Positions 45,037 through 55,819 of a stretch of DNA of 64,000 bases are shown here, in pieces. The translations under genes and the position numbers were made by a program. The stretch lies in the IMG/VR virus record IMGVR_UViG_3300007345_000033. The stretch is one strand, 5' to 3'. Origin of the DNA: a virus. Position 1 is the stretch's first letter. Every line of letters starts with the position of its first letter. The notes beneath the pieces were generated by a model. That model had not been told where the DNA came from, searched no databases, and saw only the letters and a program-made list of their open reading frames with translations.

Positions 45037-45621
45037 ATGAATGGTTATGAAGCTTATAAAGAATATCTTGCTTTAAAGCAACATTTTACTAAACCTACAT
45101 ACGATTATATTAAGTATAACGGCAAAGTAAGATCTAATCAAGATTCGTTTAATAAAAGAAAAGATAAAGTCTTTTTTGATAAACTAGCCAAACATGAAAA
45201 TGTTCACAATTTCTTAATCGCAAATCTAGTTAAAGATCCTAAAGTATGGGTCAAAGAATTGGCGTATAGTGAAAATGCAGAACAGATTTATTTGGAATGG
45301 AAAAAAAGGCAACAATCTTTATCTTATCATTTTAAGACGGAGTTGGGTAAATTAGATGAAGAATTTAATTCTAATTTTAAACCCACTAAAAACGAATCTC
45401 ATCCATTTCTTTTTAGGTTATATTTGGCTGAAGTTATTAGCCTTGAAACATTATGTATTTTATTGAAAGTAACCAAATCGAAAAAATACTGGGATGATAT
45501 TATGGAATATGATCCTATTTACGAAACTATAAAATTGACTATCGAAAAATATACGCCATTAATTAAGTTTGACGAAGATAAATATAAAAAGATAGTCCTT
45601 GAATTCTTCACAAATTTATAG
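45037..45621 (+). CDS. 59: helicase loader gp59-like
   Basis: YKEYLALKQH...YDYIKYN...RKDKVFFDKL parallels T4 gp59 YKLYLMIKQH...YDVIKYN...RRDKYFFQKL. Confidence 0.6.
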   Translation: MNGYEAYKEYLALKQHFTKPTYDYIKYNGKVRSNQDSFNKRKDKVFFDKLAKHENVHNFLIANLVKDPKVWVKELAYSENAEQIYLEWKKRQQSLSYHFKTELGKLDEEFNSNFKPTKNESHPFLFRLYLAEVISLETLCILLKVTKSKKYWDDIMEYDPIYETIKLTIEKYTPLIKFDEDKYKKIVLEFFTNL

Positions 45622-45705
45622 TAATATAAATACACTTGCGGATACGGAAGTATCCAATACATATACAACAATATAAAATATACATTATATAAGGAATATA
45701 CTAAT

Positions 45706-46611
45706 ATGGATTTTTCAAAACTTAAATCTCAGTCATCTAAATCTATGGATGATTTGACCAAAAAACTAGCGGCTGTATCTGGCAACGAACGTTCTTCTGA
45801 TGATCGTTTTTGGTCCCCAACTGTTGATAAAGCAGGTAACGGTTACGCAGTTATCCGATTTCTCCCAGCACCTAATGATGAAGACGTACCATTTGTACGT
45901 TTGTTTGATCATGGCTTTCAAGGCCCAGGCGGTTGGTATATCGAAAACTCTTTGACCACAATTGGTCAAAATGATCCTGTATCAGAATATAATTCAAAGC
46001 TTTGGAACAGTGGTATTGATGACAATAAAGCAATCGCCCGTAAGCAAAAACGTAGACTTCATTTTATTTCTAACATCTACGTAGTTGAAGACCCGGCTAA
46101 CCCTGCAAATGAAGGTAAAGTATTTCTTTATAAGTACGGTAAAAAGATTTTTGATAAGCTTAATGATGCAATGAATCCTCAATATCAAGACGAAACGCCA
46201 ATTAACCCGTTTGATTTTTGGAACGGCGCGAACTTTAAACTTAAAATTCGTAATGTAGAAGGATACCGAAACTATGATAAATCTGAGTTTGCTTCTCCTG
46301 GTGCTCTTTTGGATGATGACTCTGAATTGGAAGCAATCTGGAAACAAGAAGCTAGTTTGGCTGACTTCCTAAAACCAGATAACTTCAAAAGCTATGATGA
46401 ATTGAAGCGTAAATTGGCCAAAGTTCTGGCCGAAGATTTGGAAACGGATCGTTCTAGTCGAGCAGAAACTATTGAGGAATTACAACCTAAACCTCAACGA
46501 GAAATGGCAGCCCCTTCTATTGAAGAAGATGAAACCCCGCCATTTAGTATGAGTGGCGATGATGATGAGGATGATTCGTTAGAGTTTTTTGAAAACTTGG
46601 CAAATAAGTAA
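45706..46611 (+). CDS. 32: single-stranded DNA-binding protein gp32
   Basis: KAGNGYAVIRFLPAPNDEDVPFVRLFDHGFQGPGGWYIEN parallels T4 gp32 [39 protein letters not shown]. 301 aa, as in T4. Acidic C-terminus (GDDDEDD). Terminator at 46618..46640. Confidence 0.85.
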   Translation: MDFSKLKSQSSKSMDDLTKKLAAVSGNERSSDDRFWSPTVDKAGNGYAVIRFLPAPNDEDVPFVRLFDHGFQGPGGWYIENSLTTIGQNDPVSEYNSKLWNSGIDDNKAIARKQKRRLHFISNIYVVEDPANPANEGKVFLYKYGKKIFDKLNDAMNPQYQDETPINPFDFWNGANFKLKIRNVEGYRNYDKSEFASPGALLDDDSELEAIWKQEASLADFLKPDNFKSYDELKRKLAKVLAEDLETDRSSRAETIEELQPKPQREMAAPSIEEDETPPFSMSGDDDEDDSLEFFENLANK

Positions 46612-46617
46612 AACTAA

Positions 46618-46640
46618 AGGGAGCTTTCGCTCCCTTTTTT
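46618..46640 (+). terminator. rho-independent terminator after gene 32
   Basis: gggagctttcgctccc followed by tttttt. Confidence 0.65.
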
Positions 46641-46658
46641 GTTAATTCTATTAAATAT

Positions 46659-48767
46659 TTACCCAACTTTCGTACTTACCGAACCTCTATGTGTTGGCGA
46701 TGGTTCTATATTTCTGGCCGTCTGCGTAAATGATGGCGGTCTTCCTTTACCAGAGATTGAATCCGAAGGTCCGTTATCAGGGCCAGTATTACGACTATCT
46801 TCTGAACTTTGTTGTCTTATAAGTTCCATGTTTTTAGCTGCATCATTTGCGGCGACCTTCTGTCCAGCAGTAGGATCTACTAGTTCACTTGAATCTGTAA
46901 CTGGTGGTTGATTAGCCATTTCTGCATTCAATGATAACGGTGTATCTTTAGTTGGAGAATTAACTTCAATGGCTTCAGCACTACCCCCAGCGGGCTGTAC
47001 TGGAGTTGGCATTGTATTTAATTGTTCGGAAGATAAAGGTAAAGTTGTTTCTGATAATGTAGGGAGTTTTGGTATCGATAATGGAGAACTAGAAGAATTC
47101 TCCGTAGCAGACGACCCGACTCCATTAACTTGGGCTCTTGATGGGGTTATTGGAATTTCTCCGGTTGTGGATTTTGTTGTATTAGAAATTCGCGGCCCGC
47201 TATATAAAGTTCTATCAAATATATCATTAAGAATATCAGGAGACTCAGTTCCCGGCGGAGCTGGATACAATTTTGAAAAATTAGAAACAGCTGGCCCCAA
47301 TGGTCCTCCATTATCGGGGGTTGTTTGTTGTGGTGTTTGTTGTCGTTGCGGCGTATTTGTTTGTTGTGGTGTTTGTTGTGGTTGCGGGGGTTGATTCATA
47401 ACATTAATTTCTTCGAAGATGGTTTCTCCAAGCTCTTTAACTGGCTTTATCCATGCTCCGCTTAAATCTTTACTAATACTAAGAGCCCCTTCTCTTATAT
47501 ATGGGTCTTGTAATACAGATCTTAATCTTTCAGCTCGTTCTTGTGGGTCTAAATCTGAACTAAATAAGCCAGCATTTTTCATTTCTTCTAGAGCTTTGAT
47601 TTCTGCTTCTGAAAGGTTTCCAACAAAAGGGCCTTTTCCATCTTTTATAAATCTATTCACTATAGATTCAAAGGTAGAAATATTTTTCGGATCTGCGGCT
47701 TCGAAATAATTTGCTAATTTATCAGGTGTGCTGGGTTCTTGCTCTTGTTGAGTTTGAGTTGCTGACGAAGCTTGAGTTGGTGCCGCAGGAGTACTATTTT
47801 CAATCCCAGTCGAAGATTCAATAGATTTCTTAACAGCATCTACTCGTTGATTAGTAAGATTAGTATCCAAATATTCAGATAAAAAATTATCTTTTTTCGC
47901 AAAAGGAAGCGGTGAGGTATAATCATTACTGAAAGTTTCCAAAATATCAGGTTGTTTTGACATACTGAAATTACTTATCGGATCATTTTCATCTTTTATT
48001 TGTTGATTAATTGCGGCTTTAATCGGGTCAACTGCTGGTCTTGTTTGCGGATTGGATATTGTTGTACTTGGTGTACTTGGTGTAGATAATGTTTGTGCTG
48101 TTGAAGATCCGGTCGCAGCGCCTCTTCCGAGGTTAGAAAAGAGTGAAGATCCTGTCGCAGCGCCTCCTCCGAGGTTGGGAAGAAGTGAAGAACCTAATGA
48201 TCTTACTCCGGATACAAAATTACCAAGAGATCCTAATCCGGAATTTCCTCTGAAATTACTACTTCTACTATTTCCACCAGAATTCCCTCCAAAAAAACTA
48301 TTTACCGGAAAAGACTTTTGAATTAAATTTGGAACTAATGGAGCCATTAAAGCTGTTCCTGTCGATAATCCACTAATCACTCCGCCCATACCAAATGATG
48401 ATAAAATATTATCAAGTCCGCTTTGAATTGGTGAAGGGGTCGTCGATTGTGATTGTGTTCCAGCAGAAAAATTACCAAAACTGCTAATTGAACGAGTTAT
48501 TCCTTCCGCAAATTCTTTTAGATTTTTGGTTAATGAAACTATTTCTTTTAGAATTTGGCCTTGAGATAATAAAGATTGCTGAGTAGAATTGTTTAAATTT
48601 TTAACTTCTTCTGAAATAGAAGAACCTTTATTTGCTATTTTTTCTAAACTAGGTTTTAGTTTTAAGCTGTTGGATTCTCGAATAGTTTCTATTAAATCTC
48701 CAACCCCCAATTCGAAAGGATTTATATTTTCCGAGATTTCTATGTTTTGTGATGTGTTATTTTGCAT
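46659..48767 (-). CDS. large low-complexity (Ser/Thr/Gly/Pro/Gln-rich) protein
   Basis: 702 aa, with reiterated TPQQ and GGNS motifs. Coupled to the downstream 1197-aa gene. Confidence 0.45.
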   Translation of the reverse strand: MQNNTSQNIEISENINPFELGVGDLIETIRESNSLKLKPSLEKIANKGSSISEEVKNLNNSTQQSLLSQGQILKEIVSLTKNLKEFAEGITRSISSFGNFSAGTQSQSTTPSPIQSGLDNILSSFGMGGVISGLSTGTALMAPLVPNLIQKSFPVNSFFGGNSGGNSRSSNFRGNSGLGSLGNFVSGVRSLGSSLLPNLGGGAATGSSLFSNLGRGAATGSSTAQTLSTPSTPSTTISNPQTRPAVDPIKAAINQQIKDENDPISNFSMSKQPDILETFSNDYTSPLPFAKKDNFLSEYLDTNLTNQRVDAVKKSIESSTGIENSTPAAPTQASSATQTQQEQEPSTPDKLANYFEAADPKNISTFESIVNRFIKDGKGPFVGNLSEAEIKALEEMKNAGLFSSDLDPQERAERLRSVLQDPYIREGALSISKDLSGAWIKPVKELGETIFEEINVMNQPPQPQQTPQQTNTPQRQQTPQQTTPDNGGPLGPAVSNFSKLYPAPPGTESPDILNDIFDRTLYSGPRISNTTKSTTGEIPITPSRAQVNGVGSSATENSSSSPLSIPKLPTLSETTLPLSSEQLNTMPTPVQPAGGSAEAIEVNSPTKDTPLSLNAEMANQPPVTDSSELVDPTAGQKVAANDAAKNMELIRQQSSEDSRNTGPDNGPSDSISGKGRPPSFTQTARNIEPSPTHRGSVSTKVG

Positions 48768-48785
48768 ATACGAAGTTACCTTGGT

Positions 48786-51700
48786 TTACCAAAAGTCATT
48801 TCCTCTTGGATCGTGTTTATCCGGATCATATGGTTCTTCTTTGTCGACAGGATCGGGATCGTTCCTTGATGTGGCGGCATCAATGCGCGCATTTGGCCAA
48901 TCTCTATCATCTGAAGTATCTCCAGGTGTCTGTTCGCTGTTGTCAGTTGATTGTTGTTCTTCAGGTTGTTTTTCAGGTTCTTCAACCAACCCATCAGTTC
49001 CAGATATATCTGGTGGATTAAACAACTCATAATTGATTTGTTCTAATGGTTCTTCTTCGATCTTTGAAGGCAATTCAAGCGGTTTTCCTAGGGTTACAGA
49101 AACAAGTTCTTTATGCGTATTTTCACTAATTTCGCCATTTTCGTATTTTTCATTCAAAATTTTAATAATAGCTGAAACGGATGGATTTTCAACTAATCCT
49201 TTGGAACCTTTCCCTTCAACAATTTCAAATCCAAGGGCTTTTGCTGCATCTCTAAGTTGACCAGCAACACTCGCCCCTTGAGCAATTATTTTTTTCGCTC
49301 CTTCTGGAATAATTCCTTTATCTATTAATTCTTGAAATACTCTACTTGGTTCTACTACACTACCTTGCGCATAGCCTTGTCCGCGCAATCCCATATGTGT
49401 AGTATCTCTTTGTCCTTTATTGTTTAAGCCTTCGGCCTTAAATGTGACAATATTTTCTTTTTTTACGTCATTTGATTCTAGGAATTCCATAAAATCTTTT
49501 GACATTTTGTGACCTTCACGGCCCAATACTACAAAATCAACTCCCTTTGCTTTGGCAGCATTAATATACATTTTTGCTTCTTTTTCGCTGAAGTGCGGGA
49601 GTATAAATACCTTTGTGAAATCTTTTCCACTTTTTTTGATATTTGTTTGTATTAATTCTTCAATTTGTTCTTGCGTTTTAGCTCTTTTTCCAGTACCAGG
49701 TGCGATTTGGACCACCATTGCAAAATTAGGAGAACCTTTGCCTGTAGTTGCTACAGCAGGTTCTTGTAGTTTCATATCTACCATATCTTCGGCTTGGAAT
49801 GCCGAAAAGAGTGTAGATTTAGCTTTAGTGTATCCTCTTTCTAAATCTTTAATAAAATCAAATACACTAGCTGGATCTAAGAGTCCTCCTCCGTATTCTT
49901 TAGTTTCAAAATGTAAGTGTGGAGCGGTTATTTCTCCCCATCCATTTTCGTCAAGAAATTTAACAGTGTCATCTAGCGCCCTTTGATATATTTCTTGTTT
50001 TTTTTCGGTAGTTAATTTTTCTTTTCCAAATGATCTTTCAAATGCATCTAAATATTCACCATACCTTTTTTGCGCTGCTCTTCCAAAATAAGTTCCACTT
50101 CCGGTTACAGTAGAAATTTGATCTCCTTGAGTTACATCATCTCCTACTTTATATGGTTTACCAGTATTTGGGTTTATTATCGGACCACCGGTGTGTAGGA
50201 AACGGTATACGATCCCATCCTTTCCTTTTATCTTAATAACTTTTCCAGCCTTTGGGGAAACACTACTTGAAGCTTGAATTATTTTTCCGTTAACTGGTGC
50301 AAAAATAGGCGCATTTTGACCAATAAGTAACCTATTAGTTACTGGGTCAATTGCATACATATCAACTCCATAGTGTTTGCGGGTTCCGCCGGTCGCTGTT
50401 CGCCTAATATCAAAAGCTCCGGAAGTAATACCTTGAACATTTCCTTTTGGTGTTATATATGATAATGCTCCAGTTATTGGCGTAATTCTTCCAAATTTAT
50501 CGACATTAAGTTGAGCCCCTCCGGGCTTTCCATAAGGATAAAACTTTGTACCAACAACCTTTTGAGAGGTTTCGGTAACTCCTGTTTTTTTGGTTTGTTC
50601 AAATAATGATAAAACCGGTTGTGTTTTTTTCGTTGAAGGTATTTGTTGGCTTTGTTGCGTAGGCGATGTGATTGTAGAGGAAACTTCACCATTTTCCGCA
50701 ATCCATTTTTGATAAGCAGCATAAGCTTTTTTGGTTTTTTCGAGCCAAGCTTGTTCTTCTCTAACTATACCAGCTCCATGTATATTAGAATATTCTGATC
50801 TATCTTTTCTACTCCAAGTTTCTTTCGAGTTATACACTTTACCAGTTCCGGTAATAGTTTGGCTTCTTGCTGCACTTGCTGCAACAGATCCAGAAGAGTT
50901 TTGAGTTCCGAAATTACTATAATTTGAACCAGCTAATACTTGTTCTACAATTTTATCCATTTGGGCTTGTAACGCAGGATCGCCCATTAATTTATTATAA
51001 TTTTGATTAAACTTTCCACCCGAGTGAAATGGAGCGTAATAGCTACTATTTCCGCTTCCCATTGCATCCATTAACGAACTATAAGTTCCAGGGTGAGCAT
51101 TAACCCTATTCATTAAAGTTTCTATTAATCCCATTTGGGTTTCTTTATCTTTATATCCCACTTCTGATAAAGTCAATGCCTGCAATCTTTTAAGAACTTT
51201 GGGATCTTTAAGTTCTTCTCTAAATCTATCTCTTTTGAATGGATCTCGAATCTCGGCCGGCATTTGATTTGGTTGAATTGTATTTGTTGTTTGTGCGGCT
51301 GGTGTTGTTGGGGGAGCTTGAGAAGAAGTTGGTTGATTCGGATGTTCAGTATTGTATCTATTTATAAAACTTTTTATAACAGCTTCGCCACTATTCTGTA
51401 ATACGAACTGTAGCGTAGGGTCGGATGATGCCTCAGTTAACAAACCAGGGGGCCAGTTATAACCTGTTGGTAGACCTAAATTCTTAGCAAGTTGCTCGAT
51501 ATTTTGTGCGGCTGGTGTTGTTAGAGAAGTTTGAGAAGGAGACTGAGGAGTCTGCGTTATAGGCATATCGCCGCTAGATCCAAATCTTTCTTGTATTTCT
51601 TTTAACACATTACTGGTAAAATCAGCTGACCCTGAAGATACAGAAGAATCAGAATTTTCTGAAACATTACTGGGTGAAAATTGTTGTAAAACATTAACAG

Positions 51701-52379
51701 CGGCGTCTAAAGCTTGTCCAGCTGGACCAGCCTTTGGAATAAGACCATTAGTAGATGTATGCGCGTTTTTTGTATTTGATAAAGTGGCCCTACTAGCCCC
51801 CGCAGCGTTTGCAGCAAGAGCGGCGGCTGCTAAACCTGCAAATATAGGCTTTTTTAACATTGATCCAAACATACCACCAATATCCCCCCCTGTTGCAGTA
51901 GGTTGATGGAAAAGTTGACTTCCTCCATACCCAATTCCAGAAGTTTGGGTATATGTTGGTGAAGCTGAAGTCATCGACTTCATATATTTATTGATAGCAG
52001 ACAGACTGGTATTTAATGAAGAAGCAGAATCCGATGCTAATGTTGATGATGATACGTTTGGAGAGGCACCGGCGCTTGGTCCTTTTGGTGGTGTCGGCCT
52101 TCCGTAACTAGACATATTCCCATAGGATTTAAACGATGATCTAGATTGTTCGAGGAATGAATTTAGGGTTTTTAACGATTGAGATATTTCTTTTTGTAAC
52201 CGTATATTTTGTTGAGTTAAAGAATTATTGGTTTTAATACCACCCAAGGTTTGTATATTGTTACGTTCTATGGCATTGATTTGGGAATCAATATTAAGAT
52301 CATCGTTTTGTGAATTAGGCATAAATTGACCTAAATCTCCACCAATACCTTTTTCTGAAGCCGCTTCTCTGAAATTCAA
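48786..52379 (-). CDS. giant protein with peptidase M23 domain (probable virion-associated peptidoglycan hydrolase / structural protein)
   Basis: 1197 aa. M23 signatures HYGVDMYAIDPV...GDQISTVTGSGTYFG...APHLHFE (HxxxD...HxH). Extensive S/T/G/A/P low-complexity regions. Confidence 0.55.
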   Translation of the reverse strand: MNFREAASEKGIGGDLGQFMPNSQNDDLNIDSQINAIERNNIQTLGGIKTNNSLTQQNIRLQKEISQSLKTLNSFLEQSRSSFKSYGNMSSYGRPTPPKGPSAGASPNVSSSTLASDSASSLNTSLSAINKYMKSMTSASPTYTQTSGIGYGGSQLFHQPTATGGDIGGMFGSMLKKPIFAGLAAAALAANAAGASRATLSNTKNAHTSTNGLIPKAGPAGQALDAAVNVLQQFSPSNVSENSDSSVSSGSADFTSNVLKEIQERFGSSGDMPITQTPQSPSQTSLTTPAAQNIEQLAKNLGLPTGYNWPPGLLTEASSDPTLQFVLQNSGEAVIKSFINRYNTEHPNQPTSSQAPPTTPAAQTTNTIQPNQMPAEIRDPFKRDRFREELKDPKVLKRLQALTLSEVGYKDKETQMGLIETLMNRVNAHPGTYSSLMDAMGSGNSSYYAPFHSGGKFNQNYNKLMGDPALQAQMDKIVEQVLAGSNYSNFGTQNSSGSVAASAARSQTITGTGKVYNSKETWSRKDRSEYSNIHGAGIVREEQAWLEKTKKAYAAYQKWIAENGEVSSTITSPTQQSQQIPSTKKTQPVLSLFEQTKKTGVTETSQKVVGTKFYPYGKPGGAQLNVDKFGRITPITGALSYITPKGNVQGITSGAFDIRRTATGGTRKHYGVDMYAIDPVTNRLLIGQNAPIFAPVNGKIIQASSSVSPKAGKVIKIKGKDGIVYRFLHTGGPIINPNTGKPYKVGDDVTQGDQISTVTGSGTYFGRAAQKRYGEYLDAFERSFGKEKLTTEKKQEIYQRALDDTVKFLDENGWGEITAPHLHFETKEYGGGLLDPASVFDFIKDLERGYTKAKSTLFSAFQAEDMVDMKLQEPAVATTGKGSPNFAMVVQIAPGTGKRAKTQEQIEELIQTNIKKSGKDFTKVFILPHFSEKEAKMYINAAKAKGVDFVVLGREGHKMSKDFMEFLESNDVKKENIVTFKAEGLNNKGQRDTTHMGLRGQGYAQGSVVEPSRVFQELIDKGIIPEGAKKIIAQGASVAGQLRDAAKALGFEIVEGKGSKGLVENPSVSAIIKILNEKYENGEISENTHKELVSVTLGKPLELPSKIEEEPLEQINYELFNPPDISGTDGLVEEPEKQPEEQQSTDNSEQTPGDTSDDRDWPNARIDAATSRNDPDPVDKEEPYDPDKHDPRGNDFW

Positions 52380-52549
52380 TGCTATATCTTTCCGTTAATT
52401 TGATGATTTCTTTTCAATAAATGATTTTAACAATTCTACATAAATATCCCGTTCAAATGGGACCATATTCTCTAATTCACTTATTGAATATTTATGATGC
52501 TGAGCCATTGCAAAATTTACTTTAAAGTAATTTTCCAAGTTATTATGAC

Positions 52550-53254
52550 TCAGCGCCAAGAGAAAAAATCGTTTAGTGACCTAAGTACGATTTTCTTATC
52601 AATACCAGATGAATCTGTGTAAAACAATTCGTGCTTCATAGTGGGCGAATTTGATAGAAATTCCTGAACCTTTGAGAAAGTTTTTAGATCCAATGCTTCG
52701 AGAAAATCTCCAATTTCTTCTGGTGATAAATCTTCAGAATCATAGACCTCATCTCCATTATAAATTTGTTTTACACAACGAATAATAAGTTCAAACATAT
52801 GTTCTTTTTCAATATCCAAAAATGTATCATCACTATAAAGGGCTGCTGATGGGTATTTCATTATAAATCCGGAATTATCATCTATTTTAATATTTGGATC
52901 GTTTTGTTTCGGGAAAACAACTTTTATCGTATCAAGATCTATTTCAAAATCATATAATTGCCCGTCATCTACATCTCGGAATGAAATATTAACAATATTA
53001 TCAACCGAAAACGATCTAATTTTCAAAAATGTATATTCCAAATCAAAGATAGTCAATTCGTCTGTATCTAATTCATCAAGGCAGCAATTCGTGACAATTT
53101 GTTTAATAGCAACTAATATATCAGTTGGCTCTTCACTTTCTTTTGCAATTAACAGAAGTTTTTCTTCTTTAACTAAGAAAGGTCGAAATTTAAATTCTTT
53201 ATCCATAGATGGAATTTTTATAGTATGAATAGGGTGTTCAATTTTTGGTAACAT
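52550..53254 (-). CDS. hypothetical protein
   Basis: 234 aa, acidic. Confidence 0.4.
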   Translation of the reverse strand: MLPKIEHPIHTIKIPSMDKEFKFRPFLVKEEKLLLIAKESEEPTDILVAIKQIVTNCCLDELDTDELTIFDLEYTFLKIRSFSVDNIVNISFRDVDDGQLYDFEIDLDTIKVVFPKQNDPNIKIDDNSGFIMKYPSAALYSDDTFLDIEKEHMFELIIRCVKQIYNGDEVYDSEDLSPEEIGDFLEALDLKTFSKVQEFLSNSPTMKHELFYTDSSGIDKKIVLRSLNDFFSWR

Positions 53255-53296
53255 AATTACTCCATTAAAAGTTTAGTATAATCAAAATCAATTTAT

Positions 53297-53926
53297 TTAA
53301 TAAGTCACTAAAGGATCTTTCAATCCACCGCCTTCTATGGTAAACTGAGAATAAGTTATTGAGGTTGCAAGGCGTATTAAATCGCCTTTATCGTTCCATG
53401 CTAATGGCATTTCCAACAAAGAAGAAGGGAATGCTTCGTATAGATTTATCTTTTTAACAATATTTCCGACCTGGTCATATAAAAATATTTGCATGGTACT
53501 TGTGTATTCACTTTTATATTTTGAAACATATTTTGGTATTCTAATTCCGGATTCCGAACCATTAAATTCAAATATAGTTCTCATCCAATCATACCAAAAA
53601 TGTAATAGATCGGCCTTTTTATCTAATAAGATAGAAAAAGTTGTATCGTGATAATATGAATTGAATGGGATCTTTTGGGTTGGACCAAATCCGAATCTTT
53701 GTACTTCAGCGGAAAGTAAAGAAACCCCAGGTATTTTTACTTGATCAATTCTATATCGTAATATGTCATTGGTTACATTAAAGAGGGACTTTTCAGTTCC
53801 ATCATAACTTTCTAGTTTTTTATTTTGTAATATTGGCGGAATTGATAATGCAACCTCAAATGCATGAGGTTTTAAATAGCCATATCCGCTTATATTAGAT
53901 TTAAAATTGTTTAGGTTAAATCCCAT
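53297..53926 (-). CDS. hypothetical protein (gp3-like by position only)
   Basis: 209 aa. Occupies the position of gp3 in the T4 3-2-4 / 53-5 divergent arrangement. No motif verified. Confidence 0.3.
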   Translation of the reverse strand: MGFNLNNFKSNISGYGYLKPHAFEVALSIPPILQNKKLESYDGTEKSLFNVTNDILRYRIDQVKIPGVSLLSAEVQRFGFGPTQKIPFNSYYHDTTFSILLDKKADLLHFWYDWMRTIFEFNGSESGIRIPKYVSKYKSEYTSTMQIFLYDQVGNIVKKINLYEAFPSSLLEMPLAWNDKGDLIRLATSITYSQFTIEGGGLKDPLVTY

Positions 53927-54492
53927 TATCTTTTTCTTTTACTACTGTTATAAATCCAACGTTGTAATGGTAACACTGCTACTTTAGACCATTCAGAAGG
54001 AGCTACTAATTGAAATTTACTTTTTACATGACTATATAAATATCTTTTTATACACCCGTCAATTCCATCAAATCTAGTTGACATTTGTTTAAGCATTCTA
54101 TAAGTTACATTTATTTTAGTGGTTTTGTCAAATTTATTATTGTTAGTTATTTTACTTAATTCTTGAAGAAGTGCAATCCTCATTGTTTCTGGTAAGTAGT
54201 GTAAATTTATACCCAAGAAACCATTGGCATAATATTCAATCGGAATAACCAATGGAAATGCATCATAATAAGGCAATATATGTTTATATTTTGGATCATA
54301 TGAATATAAATACATTCTACCTAGTTCCGGAAATCCTACTTTTTGAAATGATTTGGCTTGTGGGTTTCTTGTAGTTGCGGTTTTTAATTTTAAAATTAAG
54401 TCTCGAATCCAATTGATTGCAGATTTTCTTTGTTCTTGTAGTTCGTAAGACGATTTGTTAAGTAAATCTTGAAAATTCGTATTCTTTGACAT
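53926..54492 (-). CDS. hypothetical protein (gp2-like by position only)
   Basis: 188 aa, basic C-terminus. Positional inference only. Confidence 0.3.
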   Translation of the reverse strand: MSKNTNFQDLLNKSSYELQEQRKSAINWIRDLILKLKTATTRNPQAKSFQKVGFPELGRMYLYSYDPKYKHILPYYDAFPLVIPIEYYANGFLGINLHYLPETMRIALLQELSKITNNNKFDKTTKINVTYRMLKQMSTRFDGIDGCIKRYLYSHVKSKFQLVAPSEWSKVAVLPLQRWIYNSSKRKR

Positions 54493-54939
54493 TTATAATA
54501 TACCTAATTCTTTTTCTGTGAAAATCTTAAAGCTCCAACCACGATCATTACAATACTGTTCGGCGGCTTCCCATTTTGCTTGATTCACTCCCCAATTTTT
54601 AACTTCGGTCAAATAACTTTTTGTTATTTTTGCTTTCTTTTTTGGCTCGGTTGTAAATTTTAATGGCTTCACTTCAATCAATATGGTTTCCTTCATTCCT
54701 TTACTATTTATTTTAGATACTATGAAGTCTGGAAAATAACGATGTATTTTATTGTCAATTGGAGAGCGATATGGAATAGATAGTTCTTCCGACGCCCAAG
54801 TAATTATTTCCTTTCTATTGTCTAAATACAACATTAATTTAAGCTCATATCCAGAACGATAAACAATATTTGTTGGATCTCCTTTGTATTTTTCTGGATA
54901 TTTCGGTTTAAAAAAACCTTGAGTGTATTTTTTCGACAT
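54493..54939 (-). CDS. PD-(D/E)XK nuclease-fold protein (gp4 head-completion-like by position)
   Basis: YFPDFIV...LIEVKP...QAKWEAAEQY motif. 148 aa. Divergently transcribed from the baseplate genes, as T4 gene 4 is. Homologous to the C-terminal domain of ORF 13182..13790. Confidence 0.45.
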   Translation of the reverse strand: MSKKYTQGFFKPKYPEKYKGDPTNIVYRSGYELKLMLYLDNRKEIITWASEELSIPYRSPIDNKIHRYFPDFIVSKINSKGMKETILIEVKPLKFTTEPKKKAKITKSYLTEVKNWGVNQAKWEAAEQYCNDRGWSFKIFTEKELGIL

Positions 54940-54997
54940 AATTCTACTAGATTACTTAATAAATAATAATTTAATATATTTATATAAAGGTAAAGAG

Positions 54998-55819
54998 ATG
55001 CCATTAGCGCCGACTTTAAACAAACCTCTTGTAACGAATTTTCCAACCCCTTTGGACACGGATCGTATCATAAAGAAAAGATTTCTCCCCAATGATCTAT
55101 TGTTGAATGGTGAAGAAGGGGGTAATAACTTTTATATGCAAATTGGATTTCAGGAATATAGTTTCGGAGAGCGTAATCAAATTGGATTGACTGGGTCCGA
55201 TTTGTTATACCTACCAATTCCTCAAAAAGTCAATGATAGTTTACTTGTTGGTTGGTCCGAACATAGTACGGTAAGTTTTAATGGCTTTAATACAAATACG
55301 GGAGCTGGTAAATCCCCGGTCAAAAATGCCGTAAAAAATGCAGGAACCGCTATTGTTGCTAATCCAACGGTTCAAAACATTACTGGATTTCAAATAAATC
55401 CATATTTGATTTTGTACTTTCAAAGGCCGTTTTTTAGACAATTTTCATTTAGTTGGACATTTGCACTGAGAACAGAGCAAGAATCAAAAACTTTGAGATA
55501 TATGGTAAATACATTGAAAGATAATGCTTCTCCAGTTATAGGTGCGGCAACTATGGGATATCCCAACGTGGCGTTAATTAATCTATTTCCAAATGACATG
55601 TTTAATATGTTACGATTTAAACCATGCGCAATTATGGGAGTTACAGTTGATCATACTCCAGTTGGCCCGGCATTTGTAGAAAACGGTTCTCCGGTATTAG
55701 CTTCCCTTAGACTAGATTTAAAAGAAGTTGGCGTTTGGAGCCAAGGTGAATTTACGGAAAGTCAACAACAAGGTGGAATTGACGATGTCGGAATAGAAGA
55801 TGGCGGATTCGGAGAATAA
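54998..55819 (+). CDS. baseplate/structural protein
   Basis: First gene of the plus-strand baseplate operon. RBS aaggtaaagag. Confidence 0.4.
   Translation: MPLAPTLNKPLVTNFPTPLDTDRIIKKRFLPNDLLLNGEEGGNNFYMQIGFQEYSFGERNQIGLTGSDLLYLPIPQKVNDSLLVGWSEHSTVSFNGFNTNTGAGKSPVKNAVKNAGTAIVANPTVQNITGFQINPYLILYFQRPFFRQFSFSWTFALRTEQESKTLRYMVNTLKDNASPVIGAATMGYPNVALINLFPNDMFNMLRFKPCAIMGVTVDHTPVGPAFVENGSPVLASLRLDLKEVGVWSQGEFTESQQQGGIDDVGIEDGGFGE

Noticed and set aside
46639-49986. Plus-strand ORFs (46639..46911, 46969..47394, 47419..47709, 48052..48321, 48589..49032, 49033..49260, 49552..49986) and minus ORF 48776..49030
   Set aside because: All lie inside the two giant minus-strand genes and have low-complexity translations. 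They are antisense or out-of-frame artefacts of repetitive sequence.
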